DNA of 64,000 nucleotides from Auanema rhodensis (lineage: Eukaryota > Animalia > Nematoda). The notes below the pieces were generated by a model that saw only the letters and a list, made by a program, of their open reading frames with translations, searched no databases and was not told the origin of the DNA. Numbering within the stretch: position 1 is the first letter of the stretch; every line of letters starts with the position of its first letter. The stretch covers positions 17,794,001-17,858,000 of the forward strand of contig OZ059897.1 of the NCBI GenBank assembly GCA_964057225.1. Direction: 5' to 3'. The position numbers and the translations under genes are program-made. Shown piece by piece: positions 11,233-25,624 of this stretch.

Positions 11233-14200
11233 TAGTTATAATCGTTTGAAAAATGATGCATTAGTGTATGTTGAGTTTCCATGTACACTCAACATTGCTT
11301 CCAAAAACATTTTGACAAAAATTTTTTCGAAAAATTTCAAAATAATTTAGCAAAAAGTAGATGTTTTTAGATTTCATTTTCCAAGGCGAAGACGATGGAC
11401 AATGTTATTCAACGAAAAAATTAATTCTTCAGGGTGAAAATCGAGGATATAAGTGTGAACTTATATCAGTTGATATCTCGGTGCATTTTTAAGCTAGCGC
11501 AAATCTGATAACACAGATCGACGCAGCTTAAAAATCCGCATCGAATGCACTATACTACATTGAGAAACGCTTAATACAAAAATTAGTTATGATCGTTTGA
11601 AAAATGATGCATTAGTGTATGTTGAGTTTCCATGTACACTCAACATTGCTTCCAAAAACATTTTGACAAAAATTTTTTCGAAAAATTTCAAAATAATTTA
11701 GCAAAAAGTAGATGTTTTTAGATTCCATTTTTCAAGGCAAAGACGATGGACAATGTTATTCAACGAAAAAAGTAATTCTTCAGGGTGAAAATCGAGGATA
11801 TAAGTGTGAACTTATATCAGTTGATATCTCGGTGCATTTTTAAGCTAGCGCAAATCTGATAACACAGATCGACGCAGCTTAAAAATCCGCATCGAATGCA
11901 CTATACTACATTGAGAAACGCTTAATACAAAAATTAGTTATAATTGTTTGAAAAATGATGCATTAGTGTATGTTGAGTTTCCATGTACACTCAACATTGC
12001 TTCCAAAAACATTTTGACAAAAATTTTTTCGAAAAATTTCAAAATAATTTAGCAAAAAGTAGATGTTTTTAGATTTCATTTTCCAAGGCGAAGACGATGG
12101 ACAATGTTATTCAACGAAAAAATTAATTCTTCAGGGTGAAAATCGAGGATATAAGTGTGAACTTATATCAGTTGATATCTCGGTGCATTTTTAAGCTAGC
12201 GCAAATCTGATAACACAGATCGACGCAGCTTAAAAATCCGCATCGAATGCACTATACTACATCGAGAAACGCTTAATACAAAAATTAGTTATAATCGTTT
12301 GAAAAATGATGCATTAGTGTATGTTGAGTTTCCATGTACACTCAACATTGCTTCCAAAAACATTTTGACAAAAATTTTTTCGAAAAATTTCAAAATAATT
12401 TAGCAAAAAGTAGATGTTTTTAGATTCCATTTTTCAAGGCAAAGACGATGGACAATGTTATTCAACGAAAAAAGTAATTCTTCAGGGTGAAAATCGAGGA
12501 TATAAGTGTGAACTTATATCAGTTGATATCTCGGTGCATTTTTAAGCTAGCGCAAATCTGATAACACAGATCGACGCAGCTTAAAAATCCGCATCGAATG
12601 CACTATACTACATTGAGAAACGCTTAATACAAAAATTAGTTATAATCGTTTGAAAAATGATGCATTAGTGTATGTTGAGTTTCCATGTACACTCAACATT
12701 GCTTCCAAAAACATTTTGACAAAAATTTTTTCGAAAAATTTCAAAATAATTTAGCAAAAAGTAGATGTTTTTAGATTTCATTTTCCAAGGCGAAGACGAT
12801 GGACAATGTTATTCAACGAAAAAATTAATTCTTCAGGGTGAAAATCGAGGATATAAGTGTGAACTTATATCAGTTGATATCTCGGTGCATTTTTAAGCTA
12901 GCGCAAATCTGATAACACAGATCGACGCAGCTTAAAAATCCGCATCGAATGCACTATACTACATTGAGAAACGCTTAATACAAAAATTAGTTATAATCGT
13001 TTGAAAAATGATGCATTAGTGTATGTTGAGTTTCCATGTACACTCAACATTGCTTCCAAAAACATTTTGACAAAAATTTTTTCGAAAAATTTCAAAATAA
13101 TTTAGCAAAAAGTAGATGTTTTTAGATTTCATTTTCCAAGGCGAAGACGATGGACAATGTTATTCAACGAAAAAATTAATTCTTCAGGGTGAAAATCGAG
13201 GATATAAGTGTGAACTTATATCAGTTGATATCTCGGTGCATTTTTAAGCTAGCGCAAATCTGATAACACAGATCGACGCAGCTTAAAAATCCGCATCGAA
13301 TGCACTATATTACATCGAGAAACGCTTGATACAAAAATTAGTTATAATCGTTTGAAAAATGATGCATTAGTGTATGTTGAGTTTCCATGTACACTCAACA
13401 TTGCTTCCAAAAACATTTTGACAAAAATTTTTTCGAAAAATTTCAAAATAATTTAGCAAAAAGTAGATGTTTTTAGATTTCATTTTTCAAGGCAAAGACG
13501 ATGGACAATGTTATTCAACGAAAAAATTAATTCTTCAGGGTGAAAATCGAGGATATAAGTGTGAACTTATATCAGTTGATATCTCGGTGCATTTTTAAGC
13601 TAGCGCAAATCTGATAACACAGATCGACGCAGCTTAAAAATCCGCATCGAATGCACTATACTACATTGAGAAACGCTTAATACAAAAATTAGTTATAATC
13701 GTTTGAAAAATGATGCATTAGTGTATGTTGAGTTTCCATGTACACTCAACATTGCTTCCAAAAACATTTTGACAAAAATTTTTTCGAAAAATTTCAAAAT
13801 AATTTAGCAAAAAGTAGATGTTTTTAGATTTCATTTTCCAAGGCGAAGACGATGGACAATGTTATTCAACGAAAAAATTAATTCTTCAGGGTGAAAATCG
13901 AGGATATAAGTGTGAACTTATATCAGTTGATATCTCGGTGCATTTTTAAGCTAGCGCAAATCTGATAACACAGATCGACGCAGCTTAAAAATCCGCATCG
14001 AATGCACTATACTACATTGAGAAACGCTTAATACAAAAATTAGTTATGATCGTTTGAAAAATGATGCATTAGTGTATGTTGAGTTTCCATGTACACTCAA
14101 CATTGCTTCCAAAAACATTTTGACAAAAATTTTTTCGAAAAATTTCAAAATAATTTAGCAAAAAGTAGATGTTTTTAGATTCCATTTTTCAAGGCAAAGA

Positions 14201-16146
14201 CGATGGACAATGTTATTCAACGAAAAAAGTAATTCTTCAGGGTGAAAATCGAGGATATAAGTGTGAACTTATATCAGTTGATATCTCGGTGCATTTTTAA
14301 GCTAGCGCAAATCTGATAACACAGATCGACGCAGCTTAAAAATCCGCATCGAATGCACTATACTACATTGAGAAACGCTTAATACAAAAATTAGTTATAA
14401 TTGTTTGAAAAATGATGCATTAGTGTATGTTGAGTTTCCATGTACACTCAACATTGCTTCCAAAAACATTTTGACAAAAATTTTTTCGAAAAATTTCAAA
14501 ATAATTTAGCAAAAAGTAGATGTTTTTAGATTTCATTTTCCAAGGCGAAGACGATGGACAATGTTATTCAACGAAAAAATTAATTCTTCAGGGTGAAAAT
14601 CGAGGATATAAGTGTGAACTTATATCAGTTGATATCTCGGTGCATTTTTAAGCTAGCGCAAATCTGATAACACAGATCGACGCAGCTTAAAAATCCGCAT
14701 CGAATGCACTATACTACATCGAGAAACGCTTAATACAAAAATTAGTTATAATCGTTTGAAAAATGATGCATTAGTGTATGTTGAGTTTCCATGTACACTC
14801 AACATTGCTTCCAAAAACATTTTGACAAAAATTTTTTCGAAAAATTTCAAAATAATTTAGCAAAAAGTAGATGTTTTTAGATTCCATTTTTCAAGGCAAA
14901 GACGATGGACAATGTTATTCAACGAAAAAAGTAATTCTTCAGGGTGAAAATCGAGGATATAAGTGTGAACTTATATCAGTTGATATCTCGGTGCATTTTT
15001 AAGCTAGCGCAAATCTGATAACACAGATCGACGCAGCTTAAAAATCCGCATCGAATGCACTATACTACATTGAGAAACGCTTAATACAAAAATTAGTTAT
15101 AATCGTTTGAAAAATGATGCATTAGTGTATGTTGAGTTTCCATGTACACTCAACATTGCTTCCAAAAACATTTTGACAAAAATTTTTTCGAAAAATTTCA
15201 AAATAATTTAGCAAAAAGTAGATGTTTTTAGATTTCATTTTCCAAGGCGAAGACGATGGACAATGTTATTCAACGAAAAAATTAATTCTTCAGGGTGAAA
15301 ATCGAGGATATAAGTGTGAACTTATATCAGTTGATATCTCGGTGCATTTTTAAGCTAGCGCAAATCTGATAACACAGATCGACGCAGCTTAAAAATCCGC
15401 ATCGAATGCACTATACTACATTGAGAAACGCTTAATACAAAAATTAGTTATAATCGTTTGAAAAATGATGCATTAGTGTATGTTGAGTTTCCATGTACAC
15501 TCAACATTGCTTCCAAAAACATTTTGACAAAAATTTTTTCGAAAAATTTCAAAATAATTTAGCAAAAAGTAGATGTTTTTAGATTTCATTTTCCAAGGCG
15601 AAGACGATGGACAATGTTATTCAACGAAAAAATTAATTCTTCAGGGTGAAAATCGAGGATATAAGTGTGAACTTATATCAGTTGATATCTCGGTGCATTT
15701 TTAAGCTAGCGCAAATCTGATAACACAGATCGACGCAGCTTAAAAATCCGCATCGAATGCACTATATTACATCGAGAAACGCTTGATACAAAAATTAGTT
15801 ATAATCGTTTGAAAAATGATGCATTAGTGTATGTTGAGTTTCCATGTACACTCAACATTGCTTCCAAAAACATTTTGACAAAAATTTTTTCGAAAAATTT
15901 CAAAATAATTTAGCAAAAAGTAGATGTTTTTAGATTTCATTTTTCAAGGCAAAGACGATGGACAATGTTATTCAACGAAAAAATTAATTCTTCAGGGTGA
16001 AAATCGAGGATATAAGTGTGAACTTATATCAGTTGATATCTCGGTGCATTTTTAAGCTAGCGCAAATCTGATAACACAGATCGACGCAGCTTAAAAATCC
16101 GCATCGAATGCACTATACTACATTGAGAAACGCTTAATACAAAAAT
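11233..16146. repeat. Tandem duplication of a 7-monomer block (period 2457 bp), M33-39 / M40-46
   Basis: Private variants TAATTGTTTG at 11945/14402 and GCTTGATAC at 13328/15785 are both 2457 bp apart. Confidence 0.92.
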
Positions 16147-17199
16147 TAGTTATAATCGTTTGAAAAATGATGCATTAGTGTATGTTGAGTTTCCATGTAC
16201 ACTCAACATTGCTTCCAAAAACATTTTGACAAAAATTTTTTCGAAAAATTTCAAAATAATTTAGCAAAAAGTAGATGTTTTTAGATTTCATTTTCCAAGG
16301 CGAAGACGATGGACAATGTTATTCAACGAAAAAATTAATTCTTCAGGGTGAAAATCGAGGATATAAGTGTGAACTTATATCAGTTGATATCTCGGTGCAT
16401 TTTTAAGCTAGCGCAAATCTGATAACACAGATCGACGCAGCTTAAAAATCCGCATCGAATGCACTATACTACATCGAGAAACGCTTAATACAAAAATTAG
16501 TTATAATCGTTTGAAAAATGATGCATTAGTGTATGTTGAGTTTCCATGTACACTCAACATTGCTTCCAAAAACATTTTGACAAAAATTTTTTCGAAAAAT
16601 TTCAAAATAATTTAGCAAAAAGTAGATGTTTTTAGATTTCATTTTCCAAGGCGAAGACGATGGACAATGTTATTCAACGAAAAAATTAATTCTTCAGGGT
16701 GAAAATCGAGGATATAAGTGTGAACTTATATCAGTTGATATCTCGGTGCATTTTTAAGCTAGCGCAAATCTGATAACACAGATCGACGCAGCTTAAAAAT
16801 CCGCATCGAATGCACTATACTACATTGAGAAACGCTTAATACAAAAATTAGTTATAATCGTTTGAAAAATGATGCATTAGTGTATGTTGAGTTTCCATGT
16901 ACACTCAACATTGCTTCCAAAAACATTTTGACAAAAATTTTTTCGAAAAATTTCAAAATAATTTAGCAAAAAGTAGATGTTTTTAGATTTCATTTTCCAA
17001 GGCGAAGACGATGGACAATGTTATTCAACGAAAAAAGTAATTCTTCAGGATGAAAATCGAGGATATAAGTGTGAACTTATATCAGTTGATATCTCGGTGC
17101 ATTTTTAAGCTAGCGCAAATCTGATAACACAGATCGACGCAGCTTAAAAATCCGCATCGAATGCACTATACTACATTGAGAAACGCTTAATACAAAAAT

Positions 17200-20100
17200 T
17201 AGTTATAATCGTTTGAAAAAGTGATGCATTAGTGTATGTTGAGTTTCCATGTACACTCAACATTGCTTCCAAAAACATTTTGACAAAAATTTTTTCGAAA
17301 AATTTCAAAATAATTTAGCAAAAAGTAGATGTTTTTAGATTCCATTTTTCAAGGCAAAGACGATGGACAATGTTATTCAACGAAAAAAGTAATTCTTCAG
17401 GGTGAAAATCGAGGATATAAGTGTGAACTTATATCAGTTGATATCTCGGTGCATTTTTAAGCTAGCGCAAATCTGATAACACAGATCGACGCAGCTTAAA
17501 AATCCGCATCGAATGCACTATACTACATTGAGAAACGCTTAATACAAAAATTAGTTATGATCGTTTGAAAAATGATGCATTAGTGTATGTTGAGTTTCCA
17601 TGTACACTCAACATTGCTTCCAAAAACATTTTGACAAAAATTTTTTCGAAAAATTTCAAACTAATTTAGCAAAAAGTAGATGTTTTTAGATTTCATTTTC
17701 CAAGGCGAAGACGATGGACAATGTTATTCAACGAAAAAATTAATTCTTCAGGGTGAAAATCGAGGATATAAGTGTGAACTTATATCAGTTGATATCTCGG
17801 TGCATTTTTAAGCTAGCGCAAATCTGATAACACAGATCGACGCAGCTTAAAAATCCGCATCGAATGCACTATACTACATCGAGAAACGCTTAATACAAAA
17901 ATTAGTTATAATCGTTTGAAAAATGATGCATTAGTGTATGTTGAGTTTCCATGTACACTCAACATTGCTTCCAAAAACATTTTGACAAAAATTTTTTCGA
18001 AAAATTTCAAAATAATTTAGCAAAAAGTAGATGTTTTTAGATTCCATTTTTCAAGGCAAAGACGATAGACAATGTTATTCAACGAAAAAATCAATTCTTC
18101 AGGGTGAAAATTGAGGATATAAGTGTGAACTTATATCAGTTGATATCTCGGTGCATTTTTAAGCTAGCGCAAATCTGATAACACAGATCGACGCAGCTTA
18201 AAAATCCGCATCGAATGCACTATACTACATCGAGAAACGCTTAATACAAAAATTAGTTATAATCGTTTGAAAAATGATGCATTAGTGTATGTTGAGTTTC
18301 CATGTACACTCAACATTGCTTCCAAAAACATTTTGACAAAAATTTTTTCGAAAAATTTCAAAATAATTTAGCAAAAAGTAGATGTTTTTAGATTTCATTT
18401 TTCAAGGCAAAGACGATGGACAATGTTATTCAACGAAAAAATTAATTCTTCAGGGTGAAAATCGAGGATATAAGTGTGAACTTATATCAGTTGATATCTC
18501 GGTGCATTTTTAAGCTAGCGCAAATCTGATAACACAGATCGACGCAGCTTAAAAATCCGCATCGAATGCACTATACTACATTGAGAAACGCTTAATACAA
18601 AAATTAGTTATAATCGTTTGAAAAATGATGCATTAGTGTATGTTGAGTTTCCATGTACACTCAACATTGCTTCCAAAAACATTTTGACAAAAATTTTTTC
18701 GAAAAATTTCAAAATAATTTAGCAAAAAGTAGATGTTTTTAGATTTCATTTTCCAAGGCGAAGACGATGGACAATGTTATTCAACGAAAAAATTAATTCT
18801 TCAGGGTGAAAATCGAGGATATAAGTGTGAACTTATATCAGTTGATATCTCGGTGCATTTTTAAGCTAGCGCAAATCTGATAACACAGATCGACGCAGCT
18901 TAAAAATCCGCATCGAATGCACTATACTACATTGAGAAACGCTTAATACAAAAACTAGTTATGATCGTTTGAAAAATGATGCATTAGTGTATGTTGAGTT
19001 TCCATGTACACTCAACATTGCTTCCAAAAACATTTTGACAAAAATTTTTTCGAAAAATTTCAAAATAATTTAGCAAAAAGTAGATGTTTTTAGATTTCTT
19101 TTTTCAAGGCAAAGACGATGGACAATGTTATTCAACGAAAAAATTAATTCTTCAGGGTGAAAATCGAGGATATAAGTGTGAACTTATATCAGTTGATATC
19201 TCGGTGCATTTTTAAGCTAGCGCAAATCTGATAACACAGATCGACGCAGCTCAAAAATCCGCATCGAATGCACTATACTACATTGAGAAACGCTTAATAC
19301 AAAAATTAGTTATGATCGTTTGAAAAATGATGCATTAGTGTATGTTGAGTTTCCATGTACACTCAACATTGCTTCCAAAAACATTTTGACAAAAATTTTT
19401 TCGAAAAATTTCAAACTAATTTAGCAAAAAGTAGATGTTTTTAGATTTCATTTTCCAAGGCGAAGACGATGGACAATGTTATTCAACGAAAAAATTAATT
19501 CTTCAGGGTGAAAATCGAGGATATAAGTGTGAACTTATATCAGTTGATATCTCGGTGCATTTTTAAGCTAGCGCAAATCTGATAACACAGATCGACGCAG
19601 CTTAAAAATCCGCATCGAATGCACTATACTACATCGAGAAACGCTTAATACAAAAATTAGTTATAATCGTTTGAAAAATGATGCATTAGTGTATGTTGAG
19701 TTTCCATGTACACTCAACATTGCTTCCAAAAACATTTTGACAAAAATTTTTTCGAAAAATTTCAAAATAATTTAGCAAAAAGTAGATGTTTTTAGATTCC
19801 ATTTTTCAAGGCAAAGACGATGGACAATGTTATTCAACGAAAAAAGTAATTCTTCAGGGTGAAAATCGAGGATATAAGTGTGAACTTATATCAGTTGATA
19901 TCTCGGTGCATTTTTAAGCTAGCGCAAATCTGATAACACAGATCGACGCAGCTTAAAAATCCGCATCGAATGCACTATACTACATTGAGAAACGCTTAAT
20001 ACAAAATTTAGTTATAATCGTTTGAAAAATGATGCATTAGTGTATGTTGAGTTTCCATGTACACTCAACATTGCTTCCAAAAACATTTTGACAAAAATTT

Positions 20101-22816
20101 TTTCGAAAAATTTCAAAATAATTTAGCAAAAAGTAGATGTTTTTAGATTCCATTTTTCAAGGCAAAGACGATGGACAATGTTATTCAACGAAAAAAGTAA
20201 TTCTTCAGGGTGAAAATCGAGGATATAAGTGTGAACTTATATCAGTTGATATCTCGGTGCATTTTTAAGCTAGCGCAAATCTGATAACACAGATCGACGC
20301 AGCTTAAAAATCCGCATCGAATGCACTATACTACATTGAGAAACGCTTAATACAAAAATTAGTTATGATCGTTTGAAAAATGATGCATTAGTGTATGTTG
20401 AGTTTCCATGTACACTCAACATTGCTTCCAAAAACATTTTGACAAAAATTTTTTCGAAAAATTTCAAACTAATTTAGCAAAAAGTAGATGTTTTTAGATT
20501 TCATTTTCCAAGGCGAAGACGATGGACAATGTTATTCAACGAAAAAATTAATTCTTCAGGGTGAAAATCGAGGATATAAGTGTGAACTTATATCAGTTGA
20601 TATCTCGGTGCATTTTTAAGCTAGCGCAAATCTGATAACACAGATCGACGCAGCTTAAAAATCCGCATCGAATGCACTATACTACATCGAGAAACGCTTA
20701 ATACAAAAATTAGTTATAATCGTTTGAAAAATGATGCATTAGTGTATGTTGAGTTTCCATGTACACTCAACATTGCTTCCAAAAACATTTTGACAAAAAT
20801 TTTTTCGAAAAATTTCAAAATAATTTAGCAAAAAGTAGATGTTTTTAGATTCCATTTTTCAAGGCAAAGACGATAGACAATGTTATTCAACGAAAAAATC
20901 AATTCTTCAGGGTGAAAATTGAGGATATAAGTGTGAACTTATATCAGTTGATATCTCGGTGCATTTTTAAGCTAGCGCAAATCTGATAACACAGATCGAC
21001 GCAGCTTAAAAATCCGCATCGAATGCACTATACTACATCGAGAAACGCTTAATACAAAAATTAGTTATAATCGTTTGAAAAATGATGCATTAGTGTATGT
21101 TGAGTTTCCATGTACACTCAACATTGCTTCCAAAAACATTTTGACAAAAATTTTTTCGAAAAATTTCAAAATAATTTAGCAAAAAGTAGATGTTTTTAGA
21201 TTTCATTTTTCAAGGCAAAGACGATGGACAATGTTATTCAACGAAAAAATTAATTCTTCAGGGTGAAAATCGAGGATATAAGTGTGAACTTATATCAGTT
21301 GATATCTCGGTGCATTTTTAAGCTAGCGCAAATCTGATAACACAGATCGACGCAGCTTAAAAATCCGCATCGAATGCACTATACTACATTGAGAAACGCT
21401 TAATACAAAAATTAGTTATAATCGTTTGAAAAATGATGCATTAGTGTATGTTGAGTTTCCATGTACACTCAACATTGCTTCCAAAAACATTTTGACAAAA
21501 ATTTTTTCGAAAAATTTCAAAATAATTTAGCAAAAAGTAGATGTTTTTAGATTTCATTTTCCAAGGCGAAGACGATGGACAATGTTATTCAACGAAAAAA
21601 TTAATTCTTCAGGGTGAAAATCGAGGATATAAGTGTGAACTTATATCAGTTGATATCTCGGTGCATTTTTAAGCTAGCGCAAATCTGATAACACAGATCG
21701 ACGCAGCTTAAAAATCCGCATCGAATGCACTATACTACATTGAGAAACGCTTAATACAAAAACTAGTTATGATCGTTTGAAAAATGATGCATTAGTGTAT
21801 GTTGAGTTTCCATGTACACTCAACATTGCTTCCAAAAACATTTTGACAAAAATTTTTTCGAAAAATTTCAAAATAATTTAGCAAAAAGTAGATGTTTTTA
21901 GATTTCTTTTTTCAAGGCAAAGACGATGGACAATGTTATTCAACGAAAAAATTAATTCTTCAGGGTGAAAATCGAGGATATAAGTGTGAACTTATATCAG
22001 TTGATATCTCGGTGCATTTTTAAGCTAGCGCAAATCTGATAACACAGATCGACGCAGCTCAAAAATCCGCATCGAATGCACTATACTACATTGAGAAACG
22101 CTTAATACAAAAATTAGTTATGATCGTTTGAAAAATGATGCATTAGTGTATGTTGAGTTTCCATGTACACTCAACATTGCTTCCAAAAACATTTTGACAA
22201 AAATTTTTTCGAAAAATTTCAAACTAATTTAGCAAAAAGTAGATGTTTTTAGATTTCATTTTCCAAGGCGAAGACGATGGACAATGTTATTCAACGAAAA
22301 AATTAATTCTTCAGGGTGAAAATCGAGGATATAAGTGTGAACTTATATCAGTTGATATCTCGGTGCATTTTTCAGCTAGCGCAAATCTGATAACACAGAT
22401 CGACGCAGCTTAAAAATCCGCATCGAATGCACTATACTACATCGAGAAACGCTTAATACAAAAATTAGTTATAATCGTTTGAAAAATGATGCATTAGTGT
22501 ATGTTGAGTTTCCATGTACACTCAACATTGCTTCCAAAAACATTTTGACAAAAATTTTTTCGAAAAATTTCAAAATAATTTAGCAAAAAGTAGATGTTTT
22601 TAGATTCCATTTTTCGAGGCAAAGACGATGGACAATGTTATTCAACGAAAAAAGTAATTCTTCAGGGTGAAAATCGAGGATATAAGTGTGAACTTATATC
22701 AGTTGATATCTCGGTGCATTTTTAAGCTAGCGCAAATCTGATAACACAGATCGACGCAGCTTAAAAATCCGCATCGAATGCACTATACTACATTGAGAAA
22801 CGCTTAATACAAAAAT
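17200..22816. repeat. Tandem duplication of an 8-monomer block (period 2808 bp), M50-57 / M58-65, register continuing to M67
   Basis: GATAGAC at 18067/20875 and AAAACTAG at 18955/21763 are both 2808 bp apart. Confidence 0.92.
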
Positions 22817-25624
22817 TAGTTATAATCGTTTGAAAAATGATGCATTAGTGTATGTTGAGTTTCCATGTACACTCAACATTGCTTCCAAAAACATTTTGAC
22901 AAAAATTTTTTCGAAAAATTTCAAAATAATTTAGCAAAAAGTAGATGTTTTTAGATTCCATTTTTCAAGGCAAAGACGATGGACAATGTTATTCAACGAA
23001 AAAAGTAATTCTTCAGGGTGAAAATCGAGGATATAAGTGTGAACTTATATCAGTTGATATCTCGGTGCATTTTTAAGCTAGCGCAAATCTGATAACACAG
23101 ATCGACGCAGCTTAAAAATCCGCATCGAATGCACTATACTACATTGAGAAACGCTTAATACAAAAATTAGTTATGATCGTTTGAAAAATGATGCATTAGT
23201 GTATGTTGAGTTTCCATGTACACTCAACATTGCTTCCAAAAACATTTTGACAAAAATTTTTTCGAAAAATTTCAAACTAATTTAGCAAAAAGTAGATGTT
23301 TTTAGATTTCATTTTCCAAGGCGAAGACGATGGACAATGTTATTCAACGAAAAAATTAATTCTTCAGGGTGAAAATCGAGGATATAAGTGTGAACTTATA
23401 TCAGTTGATATCTCGGTGCATTTTTAAGCTAGCGCAAATCTGATAACACAGATCGACGCAGCTTAAAAATCCGCATCGAATGCACTATACTACATCGAGA
23501 AACGCTTAATACAAAAATTAGTTATAATCGTTTGAAAAATGATGCATTAGTGTATGTTGAGTTTCCATGTACACTCAACATTGCTTCCAAAAACATTTTG
23601 ACAAAAATTTTTTCGAAAAATTTCAAAATAATTTAGCAAAAAGTAGATGTTTTTAGATTCCATTTTTCAAGGCAAAGACGATGGACAATGTTATTCAACG
23701 AAAAAATTAATTCTTCAGGGTGAAAATCGAGGATATAAGTGTGAACTTATATCAGTTGATATCTCGGTGCATTTTTAAGCTAGCGCAAATCTGATAACAC
23801 AGATCGACGCAGCTCAAAAATCCGCATCGAATGCACTATACTACATTGAGAAACGCTTAATACAAAAATTAGTTATGATCGTTTGAAAAATGATGCATTA
23901 GTGTATGTTGAGTTTCCATGTACACTCAACATTGCTTCCAAAAACATTTTGACAAAAATTTTTTCGAAAAATTTCAAACTAATTTAGCAAAAAGTAGATG
24001 TTTTTAGATTTCATTTTCCAAGGCGAAGACGATGGACAATGTTATTCAACGAAAAAATTAATTCTTCAGGGTGAAAATCGAGGATATAAGTGTGAACTTA
24101 TATCAGTTGATATCTCGGTGCATTTTTCAGCTAGCGCAAATCTGATAACACAGATCGACGCAGCTTAAAAATCCGCATCGAATGCACTATACTACATCGA
24201 GAAACGCTTAATACAAAAATTAGTTATAATCGTTTGAAAAATGATGCATTAGTGTATGTTGAGTTTCCATGTACACTCAACATTGCTTCCAAAAACATTT
24301 TGACAAAAATTTTTTCGAAAAATTTCAAAATAATTTAGCAAAAAGTAGATGTTTTTAGATTCCATTTTTCAAGGCAAAGACGATGGACAATGTTATTCAA
24401 CGAAAAAAGTAATTCTTCAGGGTGAAAATCGAGGATATAAGTGTGAACTTATATCAGTTGATATCTCGGTGCATTTTTAAGCTAGCGCAAATCTGATAAC
24501 ACAGATCGACGCAGCTTAAAAATCCGCATCGAATGCACTATACTACATTGAGAAACGCTTAATACAAAAATTAGTTATAATCGTTTGAAAAATGATGCAT
24601 TAGTGTATGTTGAGTTTCCATGTACACTCAACATTGCTTCCAAAAACATTTTGACAAAAATTTTTTCGAAAAATTTCAAAATAATTTAGCAAAAAGTAGA
24701 TGTTTTTAGATTCCATTTTTCAAGGCAAAGACGATGGACAATGTTATTCAACGAAAAAAGTAATTCTTCAGGGTGAAAATCGAGGATATAAGTGTGAACT
24801 TATATCAGTTGATATCTCGGTGCATTTTTAAGCTAGCGCAAATCTGATAACACAGATCGACGCAGCTTAAAAATCCGCATCGAATGCACTATACTACATT
24901 GAGAAACGCTTAATACAAAAATTAGTTATGATCGTTTGAAAAATGATGCATTAGTGTATGTTGAGTTTCCATGTACACTCAACATTGCTTCCAAAAACAT
25001 TTTGACAAAAATTTTTTCGAAAAATTTCAAACTAATTTAGCAAAAAGTAGATGTTTTTAGATTTCATTTTCCAAGGCGAAGACGATGGACAATGTTATTC
25101 AACGAAAAAATTAATTCTTCAGGGTGAAAATCGAGGATATAAGTGTGAACTTATATCAGTTGATATCTCGGTGCATTTTTAAGCTAGCGCAAATCTGATA
25201 ACACAGATCGACGCAGCTTAAAAATCCGCATCGAATGCACTATACTACATCGAGAAACGCTTAATACAAAAATTAGTTATAATCGTTTGAAAAATGATGC
25301 ATTAGTGTATGTTGAGTTTCCATGTACACTCAACATTGCTTCCAAAAACATTTTGACAAAAATTTTTTCGAAAAATTTCAAAATAATTTAGCAAAAAGTA
25401 GATGTTTTTAGATTCCATTTTTCAAGGCAAAGACGATAGACAATGTTATTCAACGAAAAAATCAATTCTTCAGGGTGAAAATTGAGGATATAAGTGTGAA
25501 CTTATATCAGTTGATATCTCGGTGCATTTTTAAGCTAGCGCAAATCTGATAACACAGATCGACGCAGCTTAAAAATCCGCATCGAATGCACTATACTACA
25601 TTGAGAAACGCTTAATACAAAAAT
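22115..25624. repeat. Tandem duplication of a 5-monomer block (period 1755 bp), about M64-68 / M69-73
   Basis: Private TTTTCAGCT variant at 22373/24128, with chimeric junction monomer M68. Confidence 0.85.
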
